Below are positions 21,601 through 31,571 of a stretch of DNA of 64,000 nt, piece by piece. The stretch spans positions 39,959-103,958 of IMG/VR virus record IMGVR_UViG_3300028025_004617, one strand, 5' to 3'. This DNA is from a virus. A model generated the notes under the pieces. It had not been told where the DNA came from. It saw only the letters and a list, made by a program, of their open reading frames with translations, and did not search any database. Each line of letters begins with the position of its first letter. Position 1 is the first letter of the stretch. The position numbers and the translations under genes were made by a program.

Positions 21601-24473
21601 TGTAATGTGTAATTTACGTTCTCTCCAACATTAAATGTTAAATTATTACCATCGTCAAAAAATGTTTTTCCACTAATTGATGTTGTGGTTGTTCCACTTA
21701 AAAATCCAGATAGTATATCTTTATTTTCTAATATTTTCTTTTTATATCTATGATAAATTGACCCCCATTTGATTATTAAATGATAAGGTACATAATGTGA
21801 TGCACTTACCTCTCTGAATACTGTAGATAATTTTGTTTTACCATAGAATTCATCTTGTAAATCTATAAATGGTAATGAGTTTAATAAAAGATACGCCGAA
21901 CCAGCATACTTTCCGTATGATTGATTACCAAAATCGGATTCTAATTGTTTGTGAAAATATGGCGTATTTAAAATGCTTGCTGAACTATTCGTTCCAATTT
22001 TTATTTTTTCATCAAATAAGTTAGAATACTTACTCGGTGGAACCCAATATGTTGGCGATGATGGTGCAGATATTAGTCCTTCTTTTGTATTAACTTCAAA
22101 TAATTGTTTTAACTCTAAATCGGCTAAATTAAATGATGTTTGATTCAAATAGTTCAAATAAGTGTCTGAATTAAATGGATAAATGTTTAACCTATAAGTT
22201 TCAGAATCGTATGTGTAATTCTTTAAATTTTCTTTTAGTTTATTAAAAACACCATTATTGTCAAAATTCTTATTACCGCTGTAACTTGTTTCAATTGAAA
22301 ATGATTTATTTTCGATTGTTTTTAGGTATGGTGTTGTTGGTAACTTATCTTCAAAATATGGATATCTATCGAATGGTGAAAACGATAATAGATTTTCTGT
22401 TAATGTTGTAATGTTTGACATTGTTTTTAACAATCCAACAACGTCAGGGTCTTCACTAAACATTTTTTGTATATTATCAAATTCTCTATCAGCCAATTCA
22501 TTAATTGTATTTAATGAAAAATCCTCGGATAATGTTGCATATCTACCTCTCTCATAAATTTCATATATGATTGAGGATATCGATTTATTAATATATGGGG
22601 TACCGATTGTTAACTGAAATAATGTGGCTATTTTGTGTAAATCACCATCTGTATTTGAATTATCAAATATAAAATCAATTTTACTAGCGGAACCTTCGTT
22701 ACCTGTTAATGAGTCTTGTCTTTTTGTACCTACCGCTTGATAGTTTTCTAAGAAGTCAATTTCAGGCCACAGAAACTTATCGTATGACCTTAATTTTTGT
22801 TGCAAATCAGGATCACCAGGATAAGCGATTACTTTTTGTTTGTTTGAGGTTTGTTTCTTTACTTCAGGCCAAGGATAAATTGAATCATTATTTTTTGACT
22901 CATCACTAAAACCTTTTAATATTTGTCTCCTTATTGTTGAAACCTCAAATGATTTACTATGTACTTCTTTTAGTAATCTAATGTAAACCTCGGCATTTGC
23001 TAAAATAACCGCAAATATATTACGTATTGTTGGGTCAAACCCAATTCCCTTATCTTTATCTTTAACAATTTCATTCATCTTTCTTTCAACAAGGTCTTGT
23101 AATTTATTTCTTTGTTGAACGAATAATTGTTGCATATCATAGATGTCTTTTAAAACACCTTGAATAGAAACCACATAACCACTTGCAATTAGTTTTACAT
23201 AAGAATCAATTGGTTTTATTTTGTTTGAATAACTAAATGTTTCTTTCTTAAAATCATTCGCCGATTGTTTTAAAAACGTTTCGGTGAATATTTTAGTCTC
23301 TTTTAAATCTAAAGGATAATTTGTTATAATACTTTCTAATGTACCATTAACTTTACTTCCTTTTATTTTAACATCTGTGATAGTTCTGTCCGCCATTCTA
23401 TTATAAATGGCACCATCAACTTCTACTGTTTCCGCACTTAGGTTTCTTTTACTCCAATTTTGAACCGCGGATTCAAACTCTGTTAGTTTTTTTTCAAAAT
23501 CTTTAACACCGACGAATAGTTTCATGTCAACCAATCCACCGAATATTTCTTTTTCTAATATCTTATCTAAACTTCGAGCAATAACGATTAATTCTCTTAA
23601 CGTTTTTGTTGGGAAGTTTTTATCGATTAAACCTTTTTGTTTATATTCATCATAAACAGATTTTAACATTACGTAACCTTTTGAAGATTTTTTAATCTGT
23701 TTTTCTTTTGTTCCCTTTCTCTCGTTGAATTTTGCGGGTAAATCATCTGATTCAACCATATACATATATGGTGCATTTAATATACCATCAAGTGGTATAT
23801 CATTTAAAAACGCATAAGTTGATCCAACAAATGTTGTGGCAATTTCAAAATTACCATTTGATTCATTATATTTTGAACTAAATTTAGTTAAATGTAGTCT
23901 GTATCTAATTGCCTTACCATAATATCCTTTTATTGTTAAATAAAAGATCGGCCAAGGTAAATGAAAGAACGCACCATATGGTGAATTTTGGGGTGATTCA
24001 AAGAGAGTCTTACCTCTAACATCAATAAAGTTAATGTTAATTTGTGGTATAAAGCTTGCACCCTTAATATTAATGTTAATACTATCGATACCAAAAGATT
24101 GTGCAGTTGAGTCATTTTGGTAATTATATTTAGTTCCATCATTGGTTATTCCTTCTTTTACGTTTACAAATTCTTCTGTCCATGCGGTATCAAAGTCTTT
24201 ACCATTTTTACCTTTATTTTGTGTAAAACTTAAAGTTCCTTTTGCAATAGATGATAATGTCCCTTTTGATGTGCTGTCACCAGATGCTGTTAATACACTT
24301 CGTGGAACTAAATCAGCCTCAAGATTAACAAACATAACTAAGTTTTCTTGTTTTATTCCTCTTGGTTCAACTTGGTCACCATTCTGAACACTATTTGGGT
24401 CAACAAAAACTAAGTTGTTTACATCAACTTTTACTAAAATATTTTCACTCTGATTAATTTTGTTATTCCCCAT
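18696..24473 (-). CDS. Giant baseplate hub protein (gp27/gpD-like termini with a large insertion), 1925 aa
   Basis: N-terminal FGIDSININ..IPQININFIDVRG and C-terminal CMGNVMIQP..GSYWITEVSHSI..TTFKGTR hub-like motifs; follows the LysM wedge gene. Confidence 0.65.
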   Translation of the reverse strand: MGNNKINQSENILVKVDVNNLVFVDPNSVQNGDQVEPRGIKQENLVMFVNLEADLVPRSVLTASGDSTSKGTLSSIAKGTLSFTQNKGKNGKDFDTAWTEEFVNVKEGITNDGTKYNYQNDSTAQSFGIDSININIKGASFIPQININFIDVRGKTLFESPQNSPYGAFFHLPWPIFYLTIKGYYGKAIRYRLHLTKFSSKYNESNGNFEIATTFVGSTYAFLNDIPLDGILNAPYMYMVESDDLPAKFNERKGTKEKQIKKSSKGYVMLKSVYDEYKQKGLIDKNFPTKTLRELIVIARSLDKILEKEIFGGLVDMKLFVGVKDFEKKLTEFESAVQNWSKRNLSAETVEVDGAIYNRMADRTITDVKIKGSKVNGTLESIITNYPLDLKETKIFTETFLKQSANDFKKETFSYSNKIKPIDSYVKLIASGYVVSIQGVLKDIYDMQQLFVQQRNKLQDLVERKMNEIVKDKDKGIGFDPTIRNIFAVILANAEVYIRLLKEVHSKSFEVSTIRRQILKGFSDESKNNDSIYPWPEVKKQTSNKQKVIAYPGDPDLQQKLRSYDKFLWPEIDFLENYQAVGTKRQDSLTGNEGSASKIDFIFDNSNTDGDLHKIATLFQLTIGTPYINKSISSIIYEIYERGRYATLSEDFSLNTINELADREFDNIQKMFSEDPDVVGLLKTMSNITTLTENLLSFSPFDRYPYFEDKLPTTPYLKTIENKSFSIETSYSGNKNFDNNGVFNKLKENLKNYTYDSETYRLNIYPFNSDTYLNYLNQTSFNLADLELKQLFEVNTKEGLISAPSSPTYWVPPSKYSNLFDEKIKIGTNSSASILNTPYFHKQLESDFGNQSYGKYAGSAYLLLNSLPFIDLQDEFYGKTKLSTVFREVSASHYVPYHLIIKWGSIYHRYKKKILENKDILSGFLSGTTTTSISGKTFFDDGNNLTFNVGENVNYTLQNVIGLHPLYDSVFHQIVNGYSHFLFSTGSTASFNNAYTAKTINVVREPVGDNGLYFTSFVDNSKIVSSDKYFTLLPSVGGSKNGFTNGLTASGNEQKNFKVLWCYDNESVTDYYDGKKFFDYDEYNKSYDFGTLFFDMVDYSGSYFTDLNKDEDDKYSLVTSEKRKIYDLIATFSPQILDKFEEYFLDFATEKLEEEIPYKVFPDYNVTGIVSGETKTIESHSVKYDKFQDLLKALVTIDKDDNNDNTDVNAIVTTLKEKQLKKLESVTQQILGTDNLLKLTIGNPKEIVPNVWNGFAEIDNVNRFEYNEYNSSQYSSNKMYIDLYVGREPSTDCYKNFFVTNNIELSEENVLTFRPLILIFAGWVKSKGGSYTPTKRDFQDYIKTKILRGPELRLGQYFTQLLPKLSTLSVKDSKNEVTIVNGYNDIPLKLELYNYFKSFNDKWVAGNSLGQRTLMEEFLFLDKANKDIGDQAYLSLEKLLPLEDAKNSKANLYSVISMLIQGTGFDMRGLPAYVNFYGTNESTKSRITPSKKIAENLFGTFLDVDYQDSSPKILIQYTGPTSKHLELADINEKYKFKNDSGNLFSGVGSPLVITTPQVFNQGDYAKSNKVVAFEVSIGDQNQGIFKSVQLDQTSIRNTTESFNVIENLGRSESGAAANQIDISLFDIYRQASYTCDVTCMGNVMIQPTMYFYLKNVPMFRGSYWITEVSHSIRNNNIVTTFKGTRIPYASLPDPKDSFLSSYRVLFDKITRTAIAKTKEQENSTTTGSTKNEQTYTTSDGKTFLSDMGDSKQAINGEKILLEQGVTEYGVPYNGYNEEKYIQKVSFNGKNYLRAQVITMGGPNYEIKETISMNIISRQTEHTIEPNPITWKDLSGSTRYFYSTKFDFDVAKPNLIIKGTTKFYNPKDIKTPIIVPPVGSGQINVNNITGPINAGPTGVKSGLALSKQLMKDLKVQDGDVVYFEII

Positions 24474-24786
24474 AATATAAGTTATACAATTCTACACCAC
24501 TTTTATAATCTTGTAAAGAGTCGATTAGAGGATATGGTATCCTTATATAATAATTGTTAGGTATTTCAAATTCTATACTACCCGCAGCAGGGTTTGCCAA
24601 TAAAATCAACCAACCATATAGTGGTGAATTATAATATTCTTGTGATAGTTTATCTAATCTATCTTTACCTTTTTTATATTGTTGGTACTTGTCCGTTCCT
24701 TTTATTGGTATTTCGATTCCCGGAACAACTCTAAATTCCCCATCATTTATATAAAATTGGTACCTATTAAAATATTCTCTACTCAT
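24463..24786 (-). CDS. LysM/gp53-like baseplate wedge protein
   Basis: KGKDRLDKLSQEYYNSPLYGWLILLANP...IRIP signature. Confidence 0.85.
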   Translation of the reverse strand: MSREYFNRYQFYINDGEFRVVPGIEIPIKGTDKYQQYKKGKDRLDKLSQEYYNSPLYGWLILLANPAAGSIEFEIPNNYYIRIPYPLIDSLQDYKSGVELYNLYYGE

Positions 24787-24788
24787 GT

Positions 24789-27700
24789 TTATGTTAATTT
24801 AAAGGTTTCTGTACCATATTTAACTTCCCCTTCATTGAAGACGTTCATTAAACTTTGTTTTATTTCATCAATAACAATGTAATCGGTAACATTAATATTA
24901 TATTCTATTTTACCATTACCCTTTTTAATAGGGAATTTACCCATTCTAAATTTCTTTTCTTTTGGGGTCTCTATTAATTTGTCCACAATCTCACCAATTT
25001 TATCGGATATTTCTTTTGTCGAAATTTCCTCATAAAGTTTAGTTATAGTCTCTTTCTTTCCTTGTAATAATATTGAAATTATCTCTACAAAAATATCGTC
25101 GTTTAATGTGTCGTTAACAAAATCAAAACTAATATCTAAATCTTCATTAAATTCTCCATGTTTATTTTTAAGATAATCAACAATACTTGAATAATGATTG
25201 TAGAACGCCGTACTTGTAAATCCTGACAATGTTGTTGAACTGAATTCAGTTCCATTAATTTTACCATCAAATTCGTTTTTAACTAAAAAATTAACTTTAT
25301 CGAATAATCTTATTACTTTGTTTCTTGACTCTTCTAATTTCTTTAATGAACTACTTTCAGGTATCACACCTATTGTTTCATTAACGATTGATTTTAATGT
25401 TTCTCTTAAATTTTCATTAGACCAATCTATAGATTCACTTGTTATTGCTTTATTGAAACCTAATAACGTGGTAACATCATTATTATTGATATAACTTTCT
25501 AAATCTATTTTAAGTTTTTCACTATAAAAATTTATATCTGCAACATTGTTAGTTGCACCTAATAAAGGTATTATGTCAGTTGTTGTTGTACTTGTATTAA
25601 TTGTTAATCCTGTTACACTTTTATATCTGTTATGGAAGAATATACTTGATATTTTATCCCCATATTTTTTTATAACTTCGTTATATGATGATTGGTATAA
25701 GTTAATGTATGAATCGGTAGTACTAAAAATTGCATCAATAAGTGCGTTATATTCAATTTTAGTATCATTTAATGAACCAATGTACACTCCTTGTGTTACT
25801 TTTGGTCTATTATCTTTATCACCTTCTAACTGAAATTCTGGTTTCTTTTGTAATTCTGCAATAAATTCTTTAGTAAATTTATCCGCAGGTTTACCATCAA
25901 TTAATGTTGCGGTTGATTGTGCTCTTTCATCGTATATCTCAGTATTTGCAAAGAAATTTGATGATAATGCATTTTGTAATTTTTCAACCGGTCTTTCCAA
26001 TCCTTGACCACCTATGAAACTAACTTGTAACGTTACACTAGCAATCATTGGTTGTACACCAATACCTTCAGGATTTAAATCCCAAGTTGAGTCGTCATAC
26101 GTTATGTTGATGTCTCTTATCACAATTTTAGAATGATAAAAATCACCAATTCTTATAACACATATTGGTGGTGGTCCAAAAGAAGTATTTCGTGCATTTA
26201 AATCATTAACATCCGCAATTCCTTTTATAGGTATTGTATTACCAGGTCTTACACATTGTAGTAAGAACGTTAATCTTGAGTTCAAACCTTCGGGTGTTGT
26301 TGAGTGGAAAGCCGGATGAAAATATTTTAACTTCTCTTTTAATGATGTAAACGCTAATGGTGAATCTTCTTCTAATTTTTTAAAGTAGTAACATTCAGAT
26401 AGTGTTTTGGTAATGATTCTTTTCATTACATCAATAGGTGGCTTTGGTGTATATGTTTTTTCCGGTTCACCTGGCTCCTTTGTAATTTTTGGTATTTTAA
26501 TTTTTTGTGTTGATGGTGGTTTTTGTACACTAAGTGTTTTAGCCGAAAACTTAACACTTGTTTGTCTACAATAAAACGCGTTTGGTGTTGTTATCTTTAA
26601 ACCATATTTTGTATTAATGACGGTCTTACAATCTAATCTACCATCAGGATCGACATTTGTTAATCCTTTTGCATTTTCACCTTCTGTAGAAAAATTTATA
26701 ATTAATTTACCTACGTTATTTTTATATCCTAACTTTTCAAAACTAAATGTTAACTTTTGGTCATTTAAACCATCTTTAGCATTCTTTTTAACTTCCTCTT
26801 CTGATGGCCAGTTAAAGTCAGGTATTTTATCCGTATCACCTTTTAATCTAGTAAGAATATCTAATACTAAAGAATGAGCTCTTCTCATTCCTAATAAGAA
26901 ATTATAATCATCATTAGCAACTTCGGACGCACTTGATAGTATTTTAAATTCAGCAAGTTCAATTGTGTTTCCACTTACCGCCTTTTTAAGGTTATCAATT
27001 TTTGTGGTAAATTCTGTATAGTTTGTATTTAATTTTTCAAATCCCGTATTTAACTTATCAAGTTGTAAATTAATAGCTTTGGTGAAATCTGTTATTTTTG
27101 ATTTTTCTAATTTAAAAATTGTCTTTATATCTTGGATTGCGTCTGAACTTGTGTCTCCACTTAATCTTGTAAAATCAGCTAAAGCGTCTGCATTTAAAGA
27201 GGCTTTTTGTGCATAATATGAAGGCTGTATTGTACTATATATTTCTCCTTTTGTTGTGTCCTTTCCATTTTTAGATGGAATATCATTTGGGAAAAATAAC
27301 GCTAATGAAAAAGGTTCCGGTGCTTTTGTTGGTGTCTCTCCCGTTTCTGGTACAACTTCCTCAACTTCTTCTGATGAATATTTGTATTTCATAATGGTGG
27401 ACATTTCTTTCCCCGCATTAAGATATTCATTAATTCTTTTTATATCATCAGTATCTAAGTTAGTGTATTTTCTTACTAAATCATAAAAGTCAATTTCCTC
27501 GCATCCAGCAAAGAATGCGTTAATGTAGTTATCGGCCTCTTCATCTGACATACCTTTGAAATGTTCTCTTACTAATAGATTTAAAATACTTGGGTGGTCA
27601 ACAACAACTTTAAATGATATTGTACCACTTCTTGATGTATTTTGATAAGTGTATATTGGTTCGGGTCTACCTAAAAAGCTATTCTCTTCCCATTTAGCGC

Positions 27701-29492
27701 TATTTTGTTCTGATACTTTTAAATCATATGGTGGGAACCACATCACTCTACCACCATTTGAACCTCTTTCACAAATTGGTAAATCTTGTACGGTGAATCC
27801 TTTTTGTGTGGATGATTTCCAAGCCAAGTTTTCAATTGAAAACATATATTTTTTTGCTTGTCCGTCTTTTATATTTGTTGAATTTTCAAATGATTTTCTA
27901 CCATTTGACATTGGAGCATAGTTTAAGTTCCACACTCTACTACCTCCACCCATTACACTTCCATCAAACTTTCTTACCATGTTTGTTTTTTTCATGGTAT
28001 CTGTATAGTTAAAGTATGGTCTATCTTTTGTCCATACTCTACAATATTCAACACCACTTTCTTCACCAGAAAATTTGTTTGTGTATTTTACTGCGGAACC
28101 TCTTGACATCATTACCTCACCATCTTTAAAAACTCTACTTGTTTGGTCAATTACGTTTGCCACATGAGAACGCATTTCAGAACCATTAGTCGGTAATGTG
28201 TTTAATAATTGTTGTGTTTTTCCTAAAATTGAATCTTCTCTAAAAACATATTTTGTTGATAGACTATCTTGTAAGTTAGTTTGTTCCCTACCACTATATT
28301 CCTTGTTATGTTCTCCTAATTTATTTTTAGAATTTTTACTATACCAAGTTAGTTTACCGCTGATTTGTCCACCTTCAGTTACATTTTTACTTTTATGAAA
28401 TAACTGAGCAGAAATTTCATCGAACATCAATGAAAGATAATAAGTACTTCTTACTTGATTGTCATTAAAATCACCCATAGCAAATCTTACATCGTTCGCT
28501 CTATCGTCACCAATGTAGGCTTGTCCTGCGGGTGCTTCAACCCCTAATATATTTTTTATACCCTGAGCCGCTTTATCTACAAAACTAAACAATTTTGATG
28601 ATTGCTGTGACCTTGCACTTGTTGTGTAGTTCGGTGCATATCTATTAAATGTTAATGAATCAAACAAAGCCTGTTTAGGTCCTTGTCCCATATATTGTAT
28701 TAATAAATCTGAAGGTTTTCTTGATAATTTTGGTCTTCTTTCAATTCCAATTAATGAACCTAACACTCCCGTAACATCTTGTGCAATTTTACCTAATTCG
28801 GTTTTTGCTTCGGGTCTATAATTTATTGGGTTTCTTGGGTCTGATAAATAATCACCCGGTATTTCACTAAATGGTAATTGTGTTCCCGAAACTGTTTGTA
28901 AAAAATCAATACCTTTACCAATAAGAGTACTTGCAACAGTAATCTTATTATTCATTTCAACCAATGGTTCTCTACCTGTTAATATGTTTAATGCGGTCGC
29001 CGTGTTACCATTTAACGCATCTAACAATCTTACCTTACCATTAATCGCTCTATCTGTATTATATGCTATCCTTGTTAATACAGGTCCCCCTTTATCTTCT
29101 CTTATGTATTTTGCTGCAAATTTAAATAATTCAGATTCGGTATCATACGTTTTTGTCGCCATGATACTGATTAAATTATGTTTTTCCGCTGTAAAATATG
29201 GGGAACCACCATTAAAATATAATGATAGGTTACGTGTTCTTGGTAACGTATCGATATTTTCTTTTATAAAAAAATTAGTTGGTTTGTATACGTTTGAATT
29301 AGAAATTTTAATTAAATCATCTTTTCTATTTTTATCAACTGAACCCGGATCCACATTCGATAGATTACTTAATTTTTGATAGTCATAGTTATCTTTAGTA
29401 AACGTTTGTGGACCATTTGGTTTGTTTAACGTTTTAGCTATGATAAAATCCCTAAATTGTTTGGTTGAGTCAAAATTTAAGTAGCTTGGCAT
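24789..29492 (-). CDS. Baseplate tail-tube initiator (gp48/gp54-like) with an inserted OmpA-like domain, 1567 aa
   Basis: SEQNSAKWEENSFLGRPEPIYTYQNTSRSGTISF and PPICVIRIGD..INITYD tube-fold motifs; lies between tape measure and LysM genes. Confidence 0.65.
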   Translation of the reverse strand: MPSYLNFDSTKQFRDFIIAKTLNKPNGPQTFTKDNYDYQKLSNLSNVDPGSVDKNRKDDLIKISNSNVYKPTNFFIKENIDTLPRTRNLSLYFNGGSPYFTAEKHNLISIMATKTYDTESELFKFAAKYIREDKGGPVLTRIAYNTDRAINGKVRLLDALNGNTATALNILTGREPLVEMNNKITVASTLIGKGIDFLQTVSGTQLPFSEIPGDYLSDPRNPINYRPEAKTELGKIAQDVTGVLGSLIGIERRPKLSRKPSDLLIQYMGQGPKQALFDSLTFNRYAPNYTTSARSQQSSKLFSFVDKAAQGIKNILGVEAPAGQAYIGDDRANDVRFAMGDFNDNQVRSTYYLSLMFDEISAQLFHKSKNVTEGGQISGKLTWYSKNSKNKLGEHNKEYSGREQTNLQDSLSTKYVFREDSILGKTQQLLNTLPTNGSEMRSHVANVIDQTSRVFKDGEVMMSRGSAVKYTNKFSGEESGVEYCRVWTKDRPYFNYTDTMKKTNMVRKFDGSVMGGGSRVWNLNYAPMSNGRKSFENSTNIKDGQAKKYMFSIENLAWKSSTQKGFTVQDLPICERGSNGGRVMWFPPYDLKVSEQNSAKWEENSFLGRPEPIYTYQNTSRSGTISFKVVVDHPSILNLLVREHFKGMSDEEADNYINAFFAGCEEIDFYDLVRKYTNLDTDDIKRINEYLNAGKEMSTIMKYKYSSEEVEEVVPETGETPTKAPEPFSLALFFPNDIPSKNGKDTTKGEIYSTIQPSYYAQKASLNADALADFTRLSGDTSSDAIQDIKTIFKLEKSKITDFTKAINLQLDKLNTGFEKLNTNYTEFTTKIDNLKKAVSGNTIELAEFKILSSASEVANDDYNFLLGMRRAHSLVLDILTRLKGDTDKIPDFNWPSEEEVKKNAKDGLNDQKLTFSFEKLGYKNNVGKLIINFSTEGENAKGLTNVDPDGRLDCKTVINTKYGLKITTPNAFYCRQTSVKFSAKTLSVQKPPSTQKIKIPKITKEPGEPEKTYTPKPPIDVMKRIITKTLSECYYFKKLEEDSPLAFTSLKEKLKYFHPAFHSTTPEGLNSRLTFLLQCVRPGNTIPIKGIADVNDLNARNTSFGPPPICVIRIGDFYHSKIVIRDINITYDDSTWDLNPEGIGVQPMIASVTLQVSFIGGQGLERPVEKLQNALSSNFFANTEIYDERAQSTATLIDGKPADKFTKEFIAELQKKPEFQLEGDKDNRPKVTQGVYIGSLNDTKIEYNALIDAIFSTTDSYINLYQSSYNEVIKKYGDKISSIFFHNRYKSVTGLTINTSTTTTDIIPLLGATNNVADINFYSEKLKIDLESYINNNDVTTLLGFNKAITSESIDWSNENLRETLKSIVNETIGVIPESSSLKKLEESRNKVIRLFDKVNFLVKNEFDGKINGTEFSSTTLSGFTSTAFYNHYSSIVDYLKNKHGEFNEDLDISFDFVNDTLNDDIFVEIISILLQGKKETITKLYEEISTKEISDKIGEIVDKLIETPKEKKFRMGKFPIKKGNGKIEYNINVTDYIVIDEIKQSLMNVFNEGEVKYGTETFKLT

Positions 29493-29527
29493 TATTTTCT
29501 TTTATATTATAAATAGATTTATTTAGA

Positions 29528-31402
29528 TTATCTTTTAGCGGTTGATGGTGTAGTATACGATTGGGTATCTACGGTATGGAAATCGTTATAGATACTTGCG
29601 TTCTTACCTACTTCTCTCATCCAACCATCAACTAAAGTGTCTCCACCTTTGAATACATATTCGTTTGTTACTTTGACATTTTTATCCATTTGAGTAGACG
29701 CTTCTTTTTGTTTTTTAGCTTCTTCTTCCGCCATTTTTTTAGCATCTTCTTGGGTTACCGCAGCTTTTGGTGTTTCAACTTTACCTGTTTGTTTTTTATC
29801 AGGTGTAACTATACCTTTTATTTCATTATTGATTAAAGTTGCTGCTTTTGGTAATGTTTCTTTTGTTACATCTGCGAAATTTTTAAAATCAATACCCAAT
29901 TTTTTGGCCATCTCTTGAACTTCTCTTGTTCCAGTTAATGCAACTGATTTAACTAAAAAGGATACATCACGTCTAATATTTTCAACGTCACTAGCTTGGT
30001 TTCTAACTATTTCATCAGATGTTAATTTTTTAAATTCGTCTCTATATTGTAATAATAATTCAGCTTGGTTCTTATCTAAATCCTCTAATGCAACTTCATT
30101 TGCCCCAAAACGTTTTTTCAATTCTTCAGATTGTAATTCAATGGTCATTTTACCATTTTTCATCTGAGACATGTTAGTTAAGAATTCCTTATCGGCATCT
30201 TCAATTCTTAAACCAGTTAACATTTCTTTTGCACTTAATCTTTCTTGTGCCGCAATTGCCGTCTTTGTAAGTTCCTTATAGTCCATACCTAAAGACGCAG
30301 CCATCTCTCTCACTTTTCTTAGGTTAACACCCGTAACTTCAAATCTTCCTTGTTCTTGGTTGTATGTTGCTAAACTACTTGCAGCATTAATAATTGAATC
30401 TTGTAATCCCTCAATATTATTTGTTGCCATGTACATTAATTTAAGTGGGTCATTGAAATCTCCAATAGCACCACCTAATACTTGTAAGTTTGCAGATAAT
30501 TCTAATGCACTTTCTGGACTGAATACCTTTTCAGCCACTTGTGAAACCGCGTCCATACTTAATCTAAATTCAATAGATTTTTGGACCATTCTAGTTAAAC
30601 CCTCAATTCCTTTTTGGAATCCGTATTCGTTTAACTTACCTATATTTGTTTGTAAATCTTTTGCAACTCTTTGTGAGTTTAGACCTAATGTTAATGAACT
30701 TTTTCCAGCCTTTTCTACCGCGTCAAATGTACCTTGAGCACCTATACCAACTTTTTCAAAATCAGGTAACATGTTCGTAAGACTCTCCATTGAACCTAGA
30801 TAAGCTTCTCCAACTTCTGCCGCCTTTTCAAATGATTGTTGATTAATTAAATTGAATCTTCCTGATTTATCAACTAATCCCTGAGCAACGTCGGCTAATG
30901 TTTCAAATGAGACACCTAATTGAGCTAATCTTGGTCCTGCATTTGAAATCTCTTCTCTAAAATCTTTTGATAGTTTACCAGTTAAACCGGTTTTAGTATT
31001 GATGTCTTCTAATAACTTTCTTTGGTTATTATATTCATCTGTCATTTGACTTAAACCTGCCTTGAATACATTTTGAGCTATTTGGTCGGGTCCTAATAAT
31101 TTCCCATCAGCACCTGTTGCCATTGCCATGGCACTTGTTGAATTAACGGACTGACTAATATCTTTGTAATATCCCCCACTTTCTTGTCCTTTTAAAATAC
31201 CTGTAGCTGCCTCAATAAATGTTTTAGAACCTGATGTAGTTGGTTTGTTTGAGTTATAGTTTTCTTTCTCTTTCCAAGCCCTTTCATATTCAGTTAAATC
31301 AATTTGTTCATTGTAACTTTTTGCAGAATCTTTTACGGCTCTTTCGTATGCGGCTCTGTCTTTTGATTGACTAGCTAAAGTTTGATATCTTATTTGTCCC
31401 AT
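29528..31402 (-). CDS. Tape measure protein (624 aa)
   Basis: Helical Ala/Leu/Gln-rich sequence directly downstream of the tail chaperone; length similar to T4 gp29. Confidence 0.75.
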   Translation of the reverse strand: MGQIRYQTLASQSKDRAAYERAVKDSAKSYNEQIDLTEYERAWKEKENYNSNKPTTSGSKTFIEAATGILKGQESGGYYKDISQSVNSTSAMAMATGADGKLLGPDQIAQNVFKAGLSQMTDEYNNQRKLLEDINTKTGLTGKLSKDFREEISNAGPRLAQLGVSFETLADVAQGLVDKSGRFNLINQQSFEKAAEVGEAYLGSMESLTNMLPDFEKVGIGAQGTFDAVEKAGKSSLTLGLNSQRVAKDLQTNIGKLNEYGFQKGIEGLTRMVQKSIEFRLSMDAVSQVAEKVFSPESALELSANLQVLGGAIGDFNDPLKLMYMATNNIEGLQDSIINAASSLATYNQEQGRFEVTGVNLRKVREMAASLGMDYKELTKTAIAAQERLSAKEMLTGLRIEDADKEFLTNMSQMKNGKMTIELQSEELKKRFGANEVALEDLDKNQAELLLQYRDEFKKLTSDEIVRNQASDVENIRRDVSFLVKSVALTGTREVQEMAKKLGIDFKNFADVTKETLPKAATLINNEIKGIVTPDKKQTGKVETPKAAVTQEDAKKMAEEEAKKQKEASTQMDKNVKVTNEYVFKGGDTLVDGWMREVGKNASIYNDFHTVDTQSYTTPSTAKR

Positions 31403-31415
31403 ACATATAAATAGA

Positions 31416-31571
31416 TTATTGTGTGTTTTCCAACTCCATTATATAACCAATATAGTATCGTCTAATATAGACAGGCATAGTTAAAATGTCTCCATATGAG
31501 AAACCTTTCCTGATTAGGTAGTGAATTTCCGATAATTGATTTTTCTTATACTCCGTAGAAAGGGCGAAAAA
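31416..31571 (-). CDS. gp51-like / lambda gpT-like chaperone extension frame (51 aa), probably reached by frameshift
   Basis: Reads FFALSTEYKKNQLSEIHYLIRKGFSYGDILTMPVYIRRYYIGYIMELENTQ; overlaps the end of the upstream gene at TTT TTT C. Confidence 0.75.
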   Translation of the reverse strand, partial: FFALSTEYKKNQLSEIHYLIRKGFSYGDILTMPVYIRRYYIGYIMELENTQ

